Counted from the stretch's first letter, positions 1 through 9,641 are shown. The stretch: 64,000 bases of DNA from an uncultured Pseudomonadales bacterium (GCA_964386355.1 CAYLQQ010000003.1:5880-69879), one strand, 5' to 3'. Numbers and translations are program-made. Notes: generated by a model from the letters alone, not told the origin.

Positions 1-624
1 GTTATTTAGTAGTTGCCCTACCCTACCAGCTATAAGTCCCATAAACTTACGAAACAGAGCCAAATTGCCAATATTCTTTATCTCTCTTACATCCCGCTCA
101 ATATAGGTAGCGATGTACTGTTCATAATACTGAGGTGGGGGTATTTTACGATCATAAATTGCCGGATAGAAACCGTACCATGCTTGAGAAGGAAATGTTT
201 TTACTGTTAATCCGTTTGTATCCATTTCGGATAAACTGAGAGGGTAAACTGAGTAGTAGGCCGCTCTTCCCGATAGAGTTTGAGATATTTTATCTGATAT
301 TAACAGATTTTGCGAGCCACTAACTATCACTTTCCCCATCTTTTTGTGTTCGTCTACAAAGGCTTGGATATAGGACAACATCTCAGGGTACCTTTGGATT
401 TCGTCAATAAAAATACCTTTAGTGCTATTGTTTAGCATGGCGATGGGATCTGCCATTGCTAGTTGCAAAGTCGAAGGGTTCTCGAGGTTATAATACGCAA
501 ACTCTGGAAAATGATTTTTTATTAAAGTAGTCTTTCCTGATTGTCGGGAGCCTATTACTGCAATTACCGGGAAGTATTTGGAGCCTTGTTTAATTTGAGA
601 TAGAATATCGCGCTGGTATATCAT
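1..624 (-). CDS. AAA+ ATPase (AAA_14/DUF4143-type ATP-binding protein), runs off the window's left edge
   Basis: Hand translation from ATG at 624: MIYQRDILSQIK...VIAVIGSRQSGKTT (Walker A)...IFIDEIQRYP (Walker B)...VSGSQNLL...TYIERDVR; open to position 1. Confidence 0.85.
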   Translation of the reverse strand, partial: MIYQRDILSQIKQGSKYFPVIAVIGSRQSGKTTLIKNHFPEFAYYNLENPSTLQLAMADPIAMLNNSTKGIFIDEIQRYPEMLSYIQAFVDEHKKMGKVIVSGSQNLLISDKISQTLSGRAAYYSVYPLSLSEMDTNGLTVKTFPSQAWYGFYPAIYDRKIPPPQYYEQYIATYIERDVREIKNIGNLALFRKFMGLIAGRVGQLLNN

Positions 625-1003
625 GAAAAGATTATAACTAAATATATGCATTTATGCAAATCGGAAGTAGTAGTACATATTTACATAAATATTAAAAACT
701 GTTAGCCCTTATTTTAGTAGTAAAAGAAGTAACTGGTGAGTCTTAAGATAATACAAAAATTAGTGCTCAAGGGGTTCCAAAATAGCCCTGCCATCTCTGA
801 TAATATTACGCCAGTATACCACTCCCTTCCTTATGGATTACTTTGCAAATATTTCAACATAATACCAGATAGCTTATTACATTGATTATCGAGTTTGGAA
901 TTAAGCGTTTTTAACTTGGTCATCAGTTAGATTTTCTGGTAATTTGTGGAGTAATTATCGACTATGTAAGATACAAAATTATCGCAATAAAAAGGAATGA
1001 ATT

Positions 1004-1399
1004 TCACACCGTTTTTCCCTGCTTTTGTAGGTACTGTTTTACGAAATTGGCTATCTGGCTCGGGGTGTAGTTTGACTTGATCAAGTATTCGACTACTCCA
1101 AGTTCTTTTGCCTTGTGAATCATTGATTGATCTTGCAAATTCGTCAGAATGAGTACAGGAAGATTAGATAGGTCTGGGTTTTCTCTGATTTGCTCGAGCA
1201 CCTGCACTCCGGAAAGCTTGGGCATCATCATGTCCATAATTACAAAATCAGGCGGCAGCTCAGATTTGATTTGCATCAGTGCAGCTTCTCCATCTGAGGC
1301 AACAACCACATCAAAACCTTCGGCTACAAACTTAGTCGAATACATTTTAGCAAGTAGAATATCGTCCTCAACTATAACAAGACGTGGTTTCTCGCTCAT
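1004..1399 (-). CDS. Single-domain response regulator (CheY-like receiver)
   Basis: VIVEDD acidic pocket, phospho-Asp in DFVIMDMMMP, LTN, YLIKS; no output domain. Confidence 0.93.
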   Translation of the reverse strand: MSEKPRLVIVEDDILLAKMYSTKFVAEGFDVVVASDGEAALMQIKSELPPDFVIMDMMMPKLSGVQVLEQIRENPDLSNLPVLILTNLQDQSMIHKAKELGVVEYLIKSNYTPSQIANFVKQYLQKQGKTV

Positions 1400-1402
1400 A
1401 TT

Positions 1403-3529
1403 TTATTTTTTAATTGGTAGTTCAAACCAGAAATTACTTCCCTTACCAAACTCAGATTCAATCCCAATTGTACCACCAAATTTTTCTACTAATAATTTAG
1501 TAATATACAAACCTAATCCAGTCCCCAATGTAGTGCCAGCACTTGATTGTGCCCTATAAAACTTGGTAAACAGTTTGTCTCGCTCATCATCAGCCATACC
1601 TCTGCCTGTATCAGTGATGCTGAATAGAATATAACCCGCTCTGTGGTTTGATAATCTCACTGTAACAGATCCGACATCAGTATACTTAATGGAGTTGCTA
1701 ATCAGATTGGCAACAACCTCATGGATCCTATCTCTATCGACATGCACACTATCCTGAATTCCTTTTTCAATTTCGAGTGAGTACTCCAAAAGCTTGTCTT
1801 TTGCTACAGTAATAAACTCATTGAAACCCTCCTTCACTACCCCAGCAAGATTTATAGTTCCCATTTCAAATACCAGCCGGTTTTCCTCGATCCTACTAAC
1901 ATTGAGCATGTTATTGACCAGCCGTATCTCCCGCTCTGTCCCCTCTAGAGCTCCTTGGATAAATTCCTCCGCTTTTTTAGGAAGTTTACCTGCATCTCCC
2001 TCCATTATCATAGATAAGTAGCCTTTTACGGCGGTTAAGGGCGCCCGCAAGTCATGGGCAGCGACAGAGATAAACTCGTCTTTACGTTTGTCAATATCTT
2101 TAAGTTTGTCATTGGCTTGTTGCAAACGCTCAGTTGCCTCATCTACCTTCTCTTTCAATTCTTCACTAAATTGTTGGATTTTTCGGTAAGCCAGTGTATT
2201 CTCTATGGCTACTGAAACCTGTTGCCCAAATACAGTCATTAGATTTAAGTCTTCGTGATTATATATCTCACCTGAATTTTTCTGTCCAAGTAATAGTATT
2301 CCCAGTTTGCCGGAATCCTTAGTAAACAGGGGAATAATAAGTGAATAATCAGTTTTGTGAAGTATAGAAACCACTCTCTCATCTTTAGCGTCTTCCAAAA
2401 TGATTGGATTTTTTTTATCTAATATATATTTGATATCGCTATACTCAAGATCTGCAGCTGATCCTCCGATCATATTAGTCTTATCATCAAATGGAATTAT
2501 AAAACTTACTTTCTGAATCTTGATTGCACGGACGATAGTTCTGGAGAGTCTATTTGTAAGTTCCTGTAGTTCAATTGTTGAAGCCATGATACGGGTTAGT
2601 TCGTGCAATACTTCATTTGCATTATACGTATGCCTAAAAAATACTCGATCAGTAAGTGATGCAACTCCACTTCTAAGGGATGGAAAGGAAAAAGCAACTA
2701 ATAGCGCCATGAGCGCGGAAATACTAATGCTGGTTTGATTAAATGCCCCGGGAAACAACAGATTACCAACCCCAAATAGAAACAAAACGTACAAAACTGC
2801 TACGAGTAATACTAAAAGTGTATACATGACTGATCTGGCTACCAGCGTTCTAAACTCCAACAGTCTGTGTCGTATGATAGCGTAGGAAACAATGCTGAGA
2901 AATATAGCAATGTAAATGGGTAATAGTGGTACAAAAGTGCCGTTTTTAAATACAACTGGAAAAATAAAATTAAAGACTAGAATAAGAGTGAAAAGAACAA
3001 AAAAAGCAAAAAATACATATAAGATCCTACTCCTATCTAATCCCTTTAAACGCTTAAATTTAAGCAATATAGATAGAAGCCCTGCAAATACCAAACCGAT
3101 GGTATGCAAACCAAATAGAGGCATGAGTGGTCCAGCCTCAGGAGTAACTACGTTCTGAGCTCCGATTTGTATGGAAACAAATATGGCTGGAGTAAATGCG
3201 ATCACAAACAGAGCTGATGTTATGCTTGTTAAAACATAGACAAGCCAAGGTTTTACCTTTACTTCACGGTCAGGAAATACTGATAAAAATAGGAAAACAA
3301 GCAGATTAATAATAGCGGCGTTAGCCATGATAAAACGGGCAAAAAAGAGCCGCAGTTCATAAGTAGGTAAGACATATACTTGAGAGTTAATGACTAGGTA
3401 GCTGGTTAAAAAAATGATCAGGAGGGCAAACAGGCGGTTCGTCCACGATTTTGGGTTATTTTTATATACCCATATGGCTAGTGGTATATTGATAGTGGTA
3501 AAAATTGCCAGAATAAGATTTGGATCCAT
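1403..3529 (-). CDS. Membrane sensor histidine kinase (N-terminal multi-TM HisKA_7TM-like sensor, GAF-like domain, HisKA, HATPase)
   Basis: About 9 hydrophobic segments; GAF-like LGILLLGQK...QVSVAIEN; H-box AAHDLRAPL; N-box NLISNSIKYT; DTGRGM and GTGLGL G-boxes. Confidence 0.93.
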   Translation of the reverse strand: MDPNLILAIFTTINIPLAIWVYKNNPKSWTNRLFALLIIFLTSYLVINSQVYVLPTYELRLFFARFIMANAAIINLLVFLFLSVFPDREVKVKPWLVYVLTSITSALFVIAFTPAIFVSIQIGAQNVVTPEAGPLMPLFGLHTIGLVFAGLLSILLKFKRLKGLDRSRILYVFFAFFVLFTLILVFNFIFPVVFKNGTFVPLLPIYIAIFLSIVSYAIIRHRLLEFRTLVARSVMYTLLVLLVAVLYVLFLFGVGNLLFPGAFNQTSISISALMALLVAFSFPSLRSGVASLTDRVFFRHTYNANEVLHELTRIMASTIELQELTNRLSRTIVRAIKIQKVSFIIPFDDKTNMIGGSAADLEYSDIKYILDKKNPIILEDAKDERVVSILHKTDYSLIIPLFTKDSGKLGILLLGQKNSGEIYNHEDLNLMTVFGQQVSVAIENTLAYRKIQQFSEELKEKVDEATERLQQANDKLKDIDKRKDEFISVAAHDLRAPLTAVKGYLSMIMEGDAGKLPKKAEEFIQGALEGTEREIRLVNNMLNVSRIEENRLVFEMGTINLAGVVKEGFNEFITVAKDKLLEYSLEIEKGIQDSVHVDRDRIHEVVANLISNSIKYTDVGSVTVRLSNHRAGYILFSITDTGRGMADDERDKLFTKFYRAQSSAGTTLGTGLGLYITKLLVEKFGGTIGIESEFGKGSNFWFELPIKK

Positions 3530-3535
3530 AAAAAC

Positions 3536-3564
3536 AGTGTAGCAAGCTCGCCTATATGCTGCAA
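3536..3564 (-). promoter_or_regulatory. Sigma70-type promoter giving a leaderless kinase/regulator transcript
   Basis: TTGCAG-17 nt-TACACT with extended TG; ATG of the kinase lies 6 nt past the -10. Confidence 0.55.
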
Positions 3565-3580
3565 CGACAGAGTCTTATCT

Positions 3581-4639
3581 TTATCTCAAAATCTGTTCAA
3601 GGTTAATAAAACTTCTCATGGATTTGTTATGTTTTCCACGTAAAACATCAGATGCAACCTTTGTAATGGCAGCCGAAAAAAGTTGTGTGGCTGTGATAAG
3701 TTGCGGATACCCTGTTAGGTTTGTACCTACATCCAAAACGCTCTCAAGCATTTGCGGGCTATGGTATTCTCGACCAATAATGTTTATGAATACATTGGTT
3801 TTATCCTCAGGTTTAGTAACCGGCTTGCTCAATACGTTTTCATCAAACCCATTAAGGTAATACCTTGAATTAAGATCGGGCTCTATATCATATCGCTCGA
3901 CAATTACTAAACAGCCATTTGCAATATCAAAACCAGATAACACCGGTTTTTTAAACTGCTTAGCTATATGTCTCAAAGCTAATTTGATCTTAAAATTATC
4001 AAAACAGTCAATGATTATGTTCGTATTCTGAACAAAATCACTTAGACTTTCCTCATCAAGTCCCGCATTCCAGCATTCGATCTCAAGATATGGATCGACT
4101 CTGAGCATCTGATTGGCAATTAGTTCAGTTTTTTTCGTCCCGATATCTTTTAAAAAGTACTGTGCCCTATTGAGGTTGTGCGGATCAACAGTATCCATAT
4201 CGGCAATTTTAAATCTGTTGCCGATTCCAAACCGCACAAAAGCCATAGCTACATTACTACCAACACTTAAACCCGCAATGGCTATGTTCGCATGGTATAG
4301 CTGCTCTTGCTCTTCTCTATCTATAAGATTACGGTTCCTAACAGAACGGAGATGAAGTAAATCGAGCTGTTTAGGGAGATGATATACCTCTTGTAGCTCA
4401 TCAAGTACAAGCCATACTCCCATTTGAAAATCCTTCTTCTTGCCCAGGTGCTTTTGATATTTCATTTCACAGCGTTTTTGTCTGTCATTTGCAAAATACA
4501 CTGCAGGATCACCAACCGCAAAACGCTCCAGCATGAGCTGATGATAGAGATCGAAGATACTATAGTTCTGCTTGGTATAATGGGTAATAAAGTCCTGATA
4601 TTGTTTTTGGCTTGACAGGTTTTGAATGTGTTTTTTCAT
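3581..4639 (-). CDS. ThiF/MoeB-family adenylyltransferase, Rv1355c-like
   Basis: RNRNLIDREEQEQL, IAGLSVG, ADMDTVDPHNLNR, IIIDCFD, and C-terminal GYPQL; no CxxC zinc pairs or rhodanese domain. Confidence 0.85.
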   Translation of the reverse strand: MKKHIQNLSSQKQYQDFITHYTKQNYSIFDLYHQLMLERFAVGDPAVYFANDRQKRCEMKYQKHLGKKKDFQMGVWLVLDELQEVYHLPKQLDLLHLRSVRNRNLIDREEQEQLYHANIAIAGLSVGSNVAMAFVRFGIGNRFKIADMDTVDPHNLNRAQYFLKDIGTKKTELIANQMLRVDPYLEIECWNAGLDEESLSDFVQNTNIIIDCFDNFKIKLALRHIAKQFKKPVLSGFDIANGCLVIVERYDIEPDLNSRYYLNGFDENVLSKPVTKPEDKTNVFINIIGREYHSPQMLESVLDVGTNLTGYPQLITATQLFSAAITKVASDVLRGKHNKSMRSFINLEQILR

Positions 4640-6019
4640 TTAGATAAAATGCCTGAACTTACCCAGTTTGACCCAATTAGGATCTTCAATGGGAAATTCG
4701 ACGCGAAAGCGTTCGATCTTTATGCCTTTTTGAACCATACGAAAATCCGGATTTACTTTCATTAGATGTTTATAAAATTCCCTGATAAACTGCCTGCTCT
4801 CTAATTTAGTCATCTCATACCCGTCTTTTAGGTATACTACTAGATTAAGCCTGTTTTTTAGGCCTTTATCTTCCAGTCCATACTGAAAATTACCAGAGAA
4901 CCGGTTCGCAAAGACTGACATTTCCAGACAATACTGCACGTCATCTACATAAATATTATTAAGCAGCCTGACTGCATCTGCCCTGCCATGTACATAGACG
5001 TAGTGTTTACCATTAAGCTCTGAAATTTCTTTTTCACCATGTTCCTTGAGTATATGATTGATCGTTGTCCCGCTTAGCAGGCCTCCCCGATCATTCATAT
5101 CATAACGGATTAGAGGTACTGGTTGCTTGGCCGTCACAATAATATGGTTATCTATCTCCTCAAGAAATTTCACCTCCGGATTATATTCAACCAGGGTGGG
5201 AGGATTTGGGTCCTTAAATAGAGCTTCACAGAGATTTTTACTTCGATACGCTTTTTCTAGAACATCAACAATTTCCCTGGTTTCAATCCCGATAATACCC
5301 GTCTCCGAACAGGCATAAAACCCCATCACATCATACCTAGATCTGGTACCACTTACACGCCTAACCAGGCTATTGCGCTGTTTCTCAGATACCCGAGCGC
5401 TAGTATAGTGAATCTTGGTATTAATTTCAGAAAAATCAAATTTATGTAGGGACCCATACTCGAGTAGATCAACAATAAACGGCGGATAGCCGGTAATGAT
5501 CGTCTGATCATAGTGCTTACCCAAAGCCTTAATGACATTGAATGCCACAACTTTATCAAGTCCGGGAGTGACAACGGAAAGTTTATGTCCTGGTGATGTT
5601 TCCCAGCATAGTTTTGAGGTAAACATCCCAGCTGTCCAAGCTCCCAACCCAAAGGTAACCACCACCAATGTCTTTTTGCTTTCAATATCAAAAAGTCTTT
5701 GATACATAGCTTTATTGAGTTCAGTAACTCGCTTATCAGCTTCAAAATCTCGAGGCCAGCTTGTCGGTTCACCCGTGCTGCCGGAACTAAAACACACCAT
5801 ATAGTAATCAGCAATCTCCTTATCGCTATACAGCCGATCTTCAATGGCATACGTTTCGAGATAATTGTGTTTATTCGTCAGGGGAAGATCTGTAAAATTC
5901 TCTGTAGTGCTGATTTGTGAAGGCATGATATGTTGCTCATACAAGAACTTTTTATATGCTTTGCAACTGCTGCATACAGTGGAGTAGAGTTCAAATGCTT
6001 TTTGTAATCCTGCCTGCAT
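4640..6019 (-). CDS. Phenylacetate-CoA ligase (PaaK)-like adenylate-forming enzyme
   Basis: LPLTNK, SSGSTGEP P-loop, GYPPF, FYACSETG, PLIRYDMNDRG, GRAD motifs. Confidence 0.85.
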   Translation of the reverse strand: MQAGLQKAFELYSTVCSSCKAYKKFLYEQHIMPSQISTTENFTDLPLTNKHNYLETYAIEDRLYSDKEIADYYMVCFSSGSTGEPTSWPRDFEADKRVTELNKAMYQRLFDIESKKTLVVVTFGLGAWTAGMFTSKLCWETSPGHKLSVVTPGLDKVVAFNVIKALGKHYDQTIITGYPPFIVDLLEYGSLHKFDFSEINTKIHYTSARVSEKQRNSLVRRVSGTRSRYDVMGFYACSETGIIGIETREIVDVLEKAYRSKNLCEALFKDPNPPTLVEYNPEVKFLEEIDNHIIVTAKQPVPLIRYDMNDRGGLLSGTTINHILKEHGEKEISELNGKHYVYVHGRADAVRLLNNIYVDDVQYCLEMSVFANRFSGNFQYGLEDKGLKNRLNLVVYLKDGYEMTKLESRQFIREFYKHLMKVNPDFRMVQKGIKIERFRVEFPIEDPNWVKLGKFRHFI

Positions 6020-6022
6020 ACC

Positions 6023-7699
6023 TTAATCAAGTAATGAAATTAGTAATGTTCTAAATGTATCAGTTTTTAGTTTTTCTGCTACCAATTCAATGTAGGGTCC
6101 CAAAGGCATTTCTTTTTTTATAAAGGGAACCTCTTTACGGATCTGTTCATATACCTGTTTAGTTACGGGAGACAGTTTTTTGGGACCATCGCGAAGATCA
6201 ATAGCCTGCATCAAGGCAATCAGAAGTTGGGCCAGTGAGTACCAGGTTACTTGTAAGTTTTCCCTGCCTAAGATACCAGATGTCATAGCATGAGAAGTCA
6301 CGTCCTGATTGTTTTGTTCGTGAACACCAAAAAGTGTAGAAACTGGTGTTGCCAACACCATAGAATAAACATCAAACATACCTGCTTGTGCCTGAATACC
6401 TTTAAAAGTGCACTGTGAAATTGCATCCTGGTGTGAAAGATTAGCAGGTAGACCGTTATTTTCATGAGGGTCAATGAGTTTTGACAGATGTCTGTCATTA
6501 ATTTTAACTACATGAGTTAATATTTTTCGCAACGTATCAGTAACTTCAACCATATACTCAGCCAGGAAATTTCCTCCGCTAACCCATTGCCCAGCTGTTT
6601 CACCTGCCAAAGCATACTCTTCAGTAACCCATAAAGGATTATCAGAGGCTCCGTTAGCATTTGTTTCAATCACGTCTAGTGCCCACTTAACACGCTCCCA
6701 CGAAATACCCAAAAATTGGGCTTGGCAACGCAAACTGTATACATCCTGAACTTTACGTCCTTCAACATGAGGTAAAAGTTCCTGCAATTCATCTCTCACA
6801 TATTTGCTGCCCCCAAGCACTCGTCTCAGTATTGCTGAAACTTCAATTTGCCCACTATGTGCCCGAACTTGAGACAACATGGGGTGTAATGATCTATTAG
6901 TACCCTCAAGAGCCTCTATAACCATAGATCCGGTTATCACCTGAGTTAAGAGTACAAAAACTGTTTCGCGAGCTAAATGAAAAGCACTTGCAGTTGAAAA
7001 ATTATCTCCATTGACCAATCCCAATCCCGTTTTGGGGTCAAGTACAAGGGTTTTAAATTTGTGATTTTTAAGTGCGGTTGGACCATCTTCAAAACCATAC
7101 TTTCCCCAAACCTTGGTGCCTGGCAGCTGCCGCATCAAACTGAGAACTCTCCCGTTTTGAGGTAGATCTCCTGAGGCTCCTAAGCCTCCATAACTACCAA
7201 CCACAGGAATAATGTCATGGTTTAATAACTGACAAAACATATCAATATCGGCAATCTTAACTGCACTAACTCCCTTTAACAGCATGTTTGCCCTGATTCC
7301 CATTGCAGCCCGAGTTATTTCTTTAGGTACGGCTGGACCTGTGGACACATCTACATGAACGATGCTTTCAGAAATACGTCTAGCCTGATCCAAACGCTGT
7401 GTTTTTGTACCTTTATTTAGAACCAAATTAGCCTGACCACCATAGCCCGTATTAATACCATACATGGGAATTCCCCGAAAAACATGGTCCATCATATGCT
7501 CATAACAATCCATGACTCGTTTCAAAACATTACTGTCTTCTGTGACCCTAACTGTAGAAGAATTACGAGCGATACTATTTATTTCTTGTAATTTCAGGTG
7601 AGATCCGTCAAGTATTACCTCTTTGGTGCGTTCCTGTAGCTGTTTAGCACACTCAGAAAGAGTGTAATTTTGATAAGTAGACTTATTTTGGAATTTCAT
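6023..7699 (-). CDS. MIO-dependent aromatic amino-acid ammonia-lyase/aminomutase (PAL/TAL/HAL family)
   Basis: MYGINTGYG (catalytic Tyr), LGASGDL (ASG MIO motif), QDVYSLRC, SDNPL, GGNF, NQDVTS. Confidence 0.92.
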   Translation of the reverse strand: MKFQNKSTYQNYTLSECAKQLQERTKEVILDGSHLKLQEINSIARNSSTVRVTEDSNVLKRVMDCYEHMMDHVFRGIPMYGINTGYGGQANLVLNKGTKTQRLDQARRISESIVHVDVSTGPAVPKEITRAAMGIRANMLLKGVSAVKIADIDMFCQLLNHDIIPVVGSYGGLGASGDLPQNGRVLSLMRQLPGTKVWGKYGFEDGPTALKNHKFKTLVLDPKTGLGLVNGDNFSTASAFHLARETVFVLLTQVITGSMVIEALEGTNRSLHPMLSQVRAHSGQIEVSAILRRVLGGSKYVRDELQELLPHVEGRKVQDVYSLRCQAQFLGISWERVKWALDVIETNANGASDNPLWVTEEYALAGETAGQWVSGGNFLAEYMVEVTDTLRKILTHVVKINDRHLSKLIDPHENNGLPANLSHQDAISQCTFKGIQAQAGMFDVYSMVLATPVSTLFGVHEQNNQDVTSHAMTSGILGRENLQVTWYSLAQLLIALMQAIDLRDGPKKLSPVTKQVYEQIRKEVPFIKKEMPLGPYIELVAEKLKTDTFRTLLISLLD

Positions 7700-7841
7700 A
7701 GCTGTAGTTTTGTTCTATATGACTTATTAAGAAACACCTTTTAGCTTATAGGATTTGATTCTAAACTTCAACAGATACAAACTGGCATAGTTTGATAATA
7801 ATGCAGCTTTTACTACTAACTAAGTATTTATTGGTATACAC

Positions 7842-7878
7842 AAAAAAAATAGCCTCCCACAAATTGAGAGGCTATTTT
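7842..7878 (-). terminator. Intrinsic terminator after rpsA and the small ORF
   Basis: AAAATAGCCTC...GAGGCTATTTT inverted repeat followed by a T-run on the minus strand. Confidence 0.75.
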
Positions 7879-7900
7879 AATTGATTACATATGTTACCGG

Positions 7901-8050
7901 TTACTCTTCATCCGTTTTCATCGATTCCCAGTTAGCTTCCAGTTCCTGTTCCACCTTTTCCCAATTGCCCTCCTCTTGCCTAATAGCTTTGAACACTAGT
8001 CTAAAGTCGATGAGGATGGTTTTATCAGTTACAATCATTTTTTGACTCAT
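7901..8050 (-). CDS. Small acidic hypothetical protein (49 aa)
   Basis: AGGAG Shine-Dalgarno; MSQKMIVTDKTILIDFRLVFKAIRQEEGNWEKVEQELEANWESMKTDEE; sits between the rpsA stop and the terminator. Confidence 0.6.
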   Translation of the reverse strand: MSQKMIVTDKTILIDFRLVFKAIRQEEGNWEKVEQELEANWESMKTDEE

Positions 8051-8059
8051 ATCGTCTCC

Positions 8060-9523
8060 TTACTTGTAACCTACTGGTTTAGCAGATAAAACTACACCAA
8101 GGCTGATACGGTGATTCTCTTTATCTAAAGATTCGATATACACATCAACATTGTCACCGATTTTAATATCCATATCCGATGGGAACTTGGATACGTGGAT
8201 CAATCCCTCAATTCCTTTTTCTATCTCGACAAAAGCACCGAATGCTGCCAGTCTGGTAACTTTCCCTTTAACCTTAGCGTCCACAGGGAACCTGGTCGCA
8301 ATCTCATCCCATGGATCAGATGACAAACGTTTGATAGAAAGATTGAGCTTACCGGTCTTGCGGTCTACTTCAATAACCTGGACGGTTACCATATCTCCCA
8401 CTTTATAAAGCCTGGTAACATCGTTGACCTTTTCCCATGACAGCTCAGAAATATGTACCAAACCATCCAAGAAGGCGCCTATTTCCTGATCGTCTTCTAA
8501 AAAGACACGCACAAATATACCAAAAGCCATCACACCAGATACCTGTCCCTTGTACTTGTTACCCACCTTAACGGTAGTCAACATATCCTGCTGGTGACTG
8601 ATAACTTCTGATTCAGATACAGCTTTCTCTGAAAAAATAAGCCGGTTCTTCTCACGGTCAACTTCGATCACTTTTACTGGAAATACCTTGTTGTACAGTT
8701 GATCGAGTTTACCCATCCACTGGCGACCGAACTGGGATACGGGAATAAACCCACGCACATTCATGAGCCGTGCAATCATACCGCCACGGTTGATATCCAA
8801 ACCACGTACCTCAACTGTTTCTCCCATATCCATATACTTTTGGAACAAGGACCATTTCCAATCATTGGCAGCCCTGGCCAACGATATAAGAATCTGGCCT
8901 TTTTCATTTTCAGGAGATACAACAGTTGCTTTTACAATATCTCCTACTTCCAAAAAGCGGATATAGTCTTCGACAAGCTCCATCTCTTTTTCAAGCAGAA
9001 TACCTTCAGTCTTAGCACCAATATCAAAAAACAGCGTTTTCTTGTTTTTATCAGTGATTGTTGCCTTGACTTCCTGACCTTTTTTAAGTCCCTGCAACTC
9101 ATATCCGGTCATAGAAAACAGTTCTTCCATTGAATTGGGAAGTTCGGTCAGGTCTTTCAACTCATGATTGACGGTTTTTTCAACCAGGGTCTCTTTAATG
9201 ACCTGAAGCGCTAAGCTCTCATCAAGATTATTTTCTGTTGGTGCTTGAGTTTTCTTTTCTGTTGGTTTTGATTCCGTTTTCTTTGCCTTTTTCTCGACTT
9301 TTATACGCTTCTCTTCAGAAACTACATCATCTGCCTTGACGACTTGTTCAACGGTTTCCATAACTGTTTTCTTTGTCTTTTTTGCAGATTTTGTTTCAGC
9401 ATTTTTAGCTGTTTTGACTTCCTTCTTTACTGCTGTTTTCTTTGGAGATTTTTTTACTACCTCCTCTGTATCAGATTTTTTTATTTTTTTTGTTTTTGCT
9501 ATTGCTGGCATAATAAAATCCAC
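8060..9523 (-). CDS. rpsA: 30S ribosomal protein S1 (4 S1 domains) with Lys-rich N-terminal extension; start may be ATG at 9511
   Basis: S1 repeats RGFIPVSQ, GLVHISELSW, GLIHVSK; LNLSIKRL..DPW. Confidence 0.9.
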   Translation of the reverse strand: MDFIMPAIAKTKKIKKSDTEEVVKKSPKKTAVKKEVKTAKNAETKSAKKTKKTVMETVEQVVKADDVVSEEKRIKVEKKAKKTESKPTEKKTQAPTENNLDESLALQVIKETLVEKTVNHELKDLTELPNSMEELFSMTGYELQGLKKGQEVKATITDKNKKTLFFDIGAKTEGILLEKEMELVEDYIRFLEVGDIVKATVVSPENEKGQILISLARAANDWKWSLFQKYMDMGETVEVRGLDINRGGMIARLMNVRGFIPVSQFGRQWMGKLDQLYNKVFPVKVIEVDREKNRLIFSEKAVSESEVISHQQDMLTTVKVGNKYKGQVSGVMAFGIFVRVFLEDDQEIGAFLDGLVHISELSWEKVNDVTRLYKVGDMVTVQVIEVDRKTGKLNLSIKRLSSDPWDEIATRFPVDAKVKGKVTRLAAFGAFVEIEKGIEGLIHVSKFPSDMDIKIGDNVDVYIESLDKENHRISLGVVLSAKPVGYK

Positions 9524-9641
9524 CTTTCTTTAGAGTTACTACTGCTCCCAACTTCAATAATTACATTGTCGGGTATGGCAATAGTACTTGGGTATTATAG
9601 CAGAAAAATAAAGAAGCAGGCTTAATAATTTACGCACCAAA

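Noticed and set aside
6023-7699. Ordinary histidine utilisation (hutH) or phenylacetate catabolism
   Set aside because: The HAL-specific SH motif is absent and there are no hutU/I/G or paa ring-cleavage genes; the context is ThiF plus a sensor kinase.
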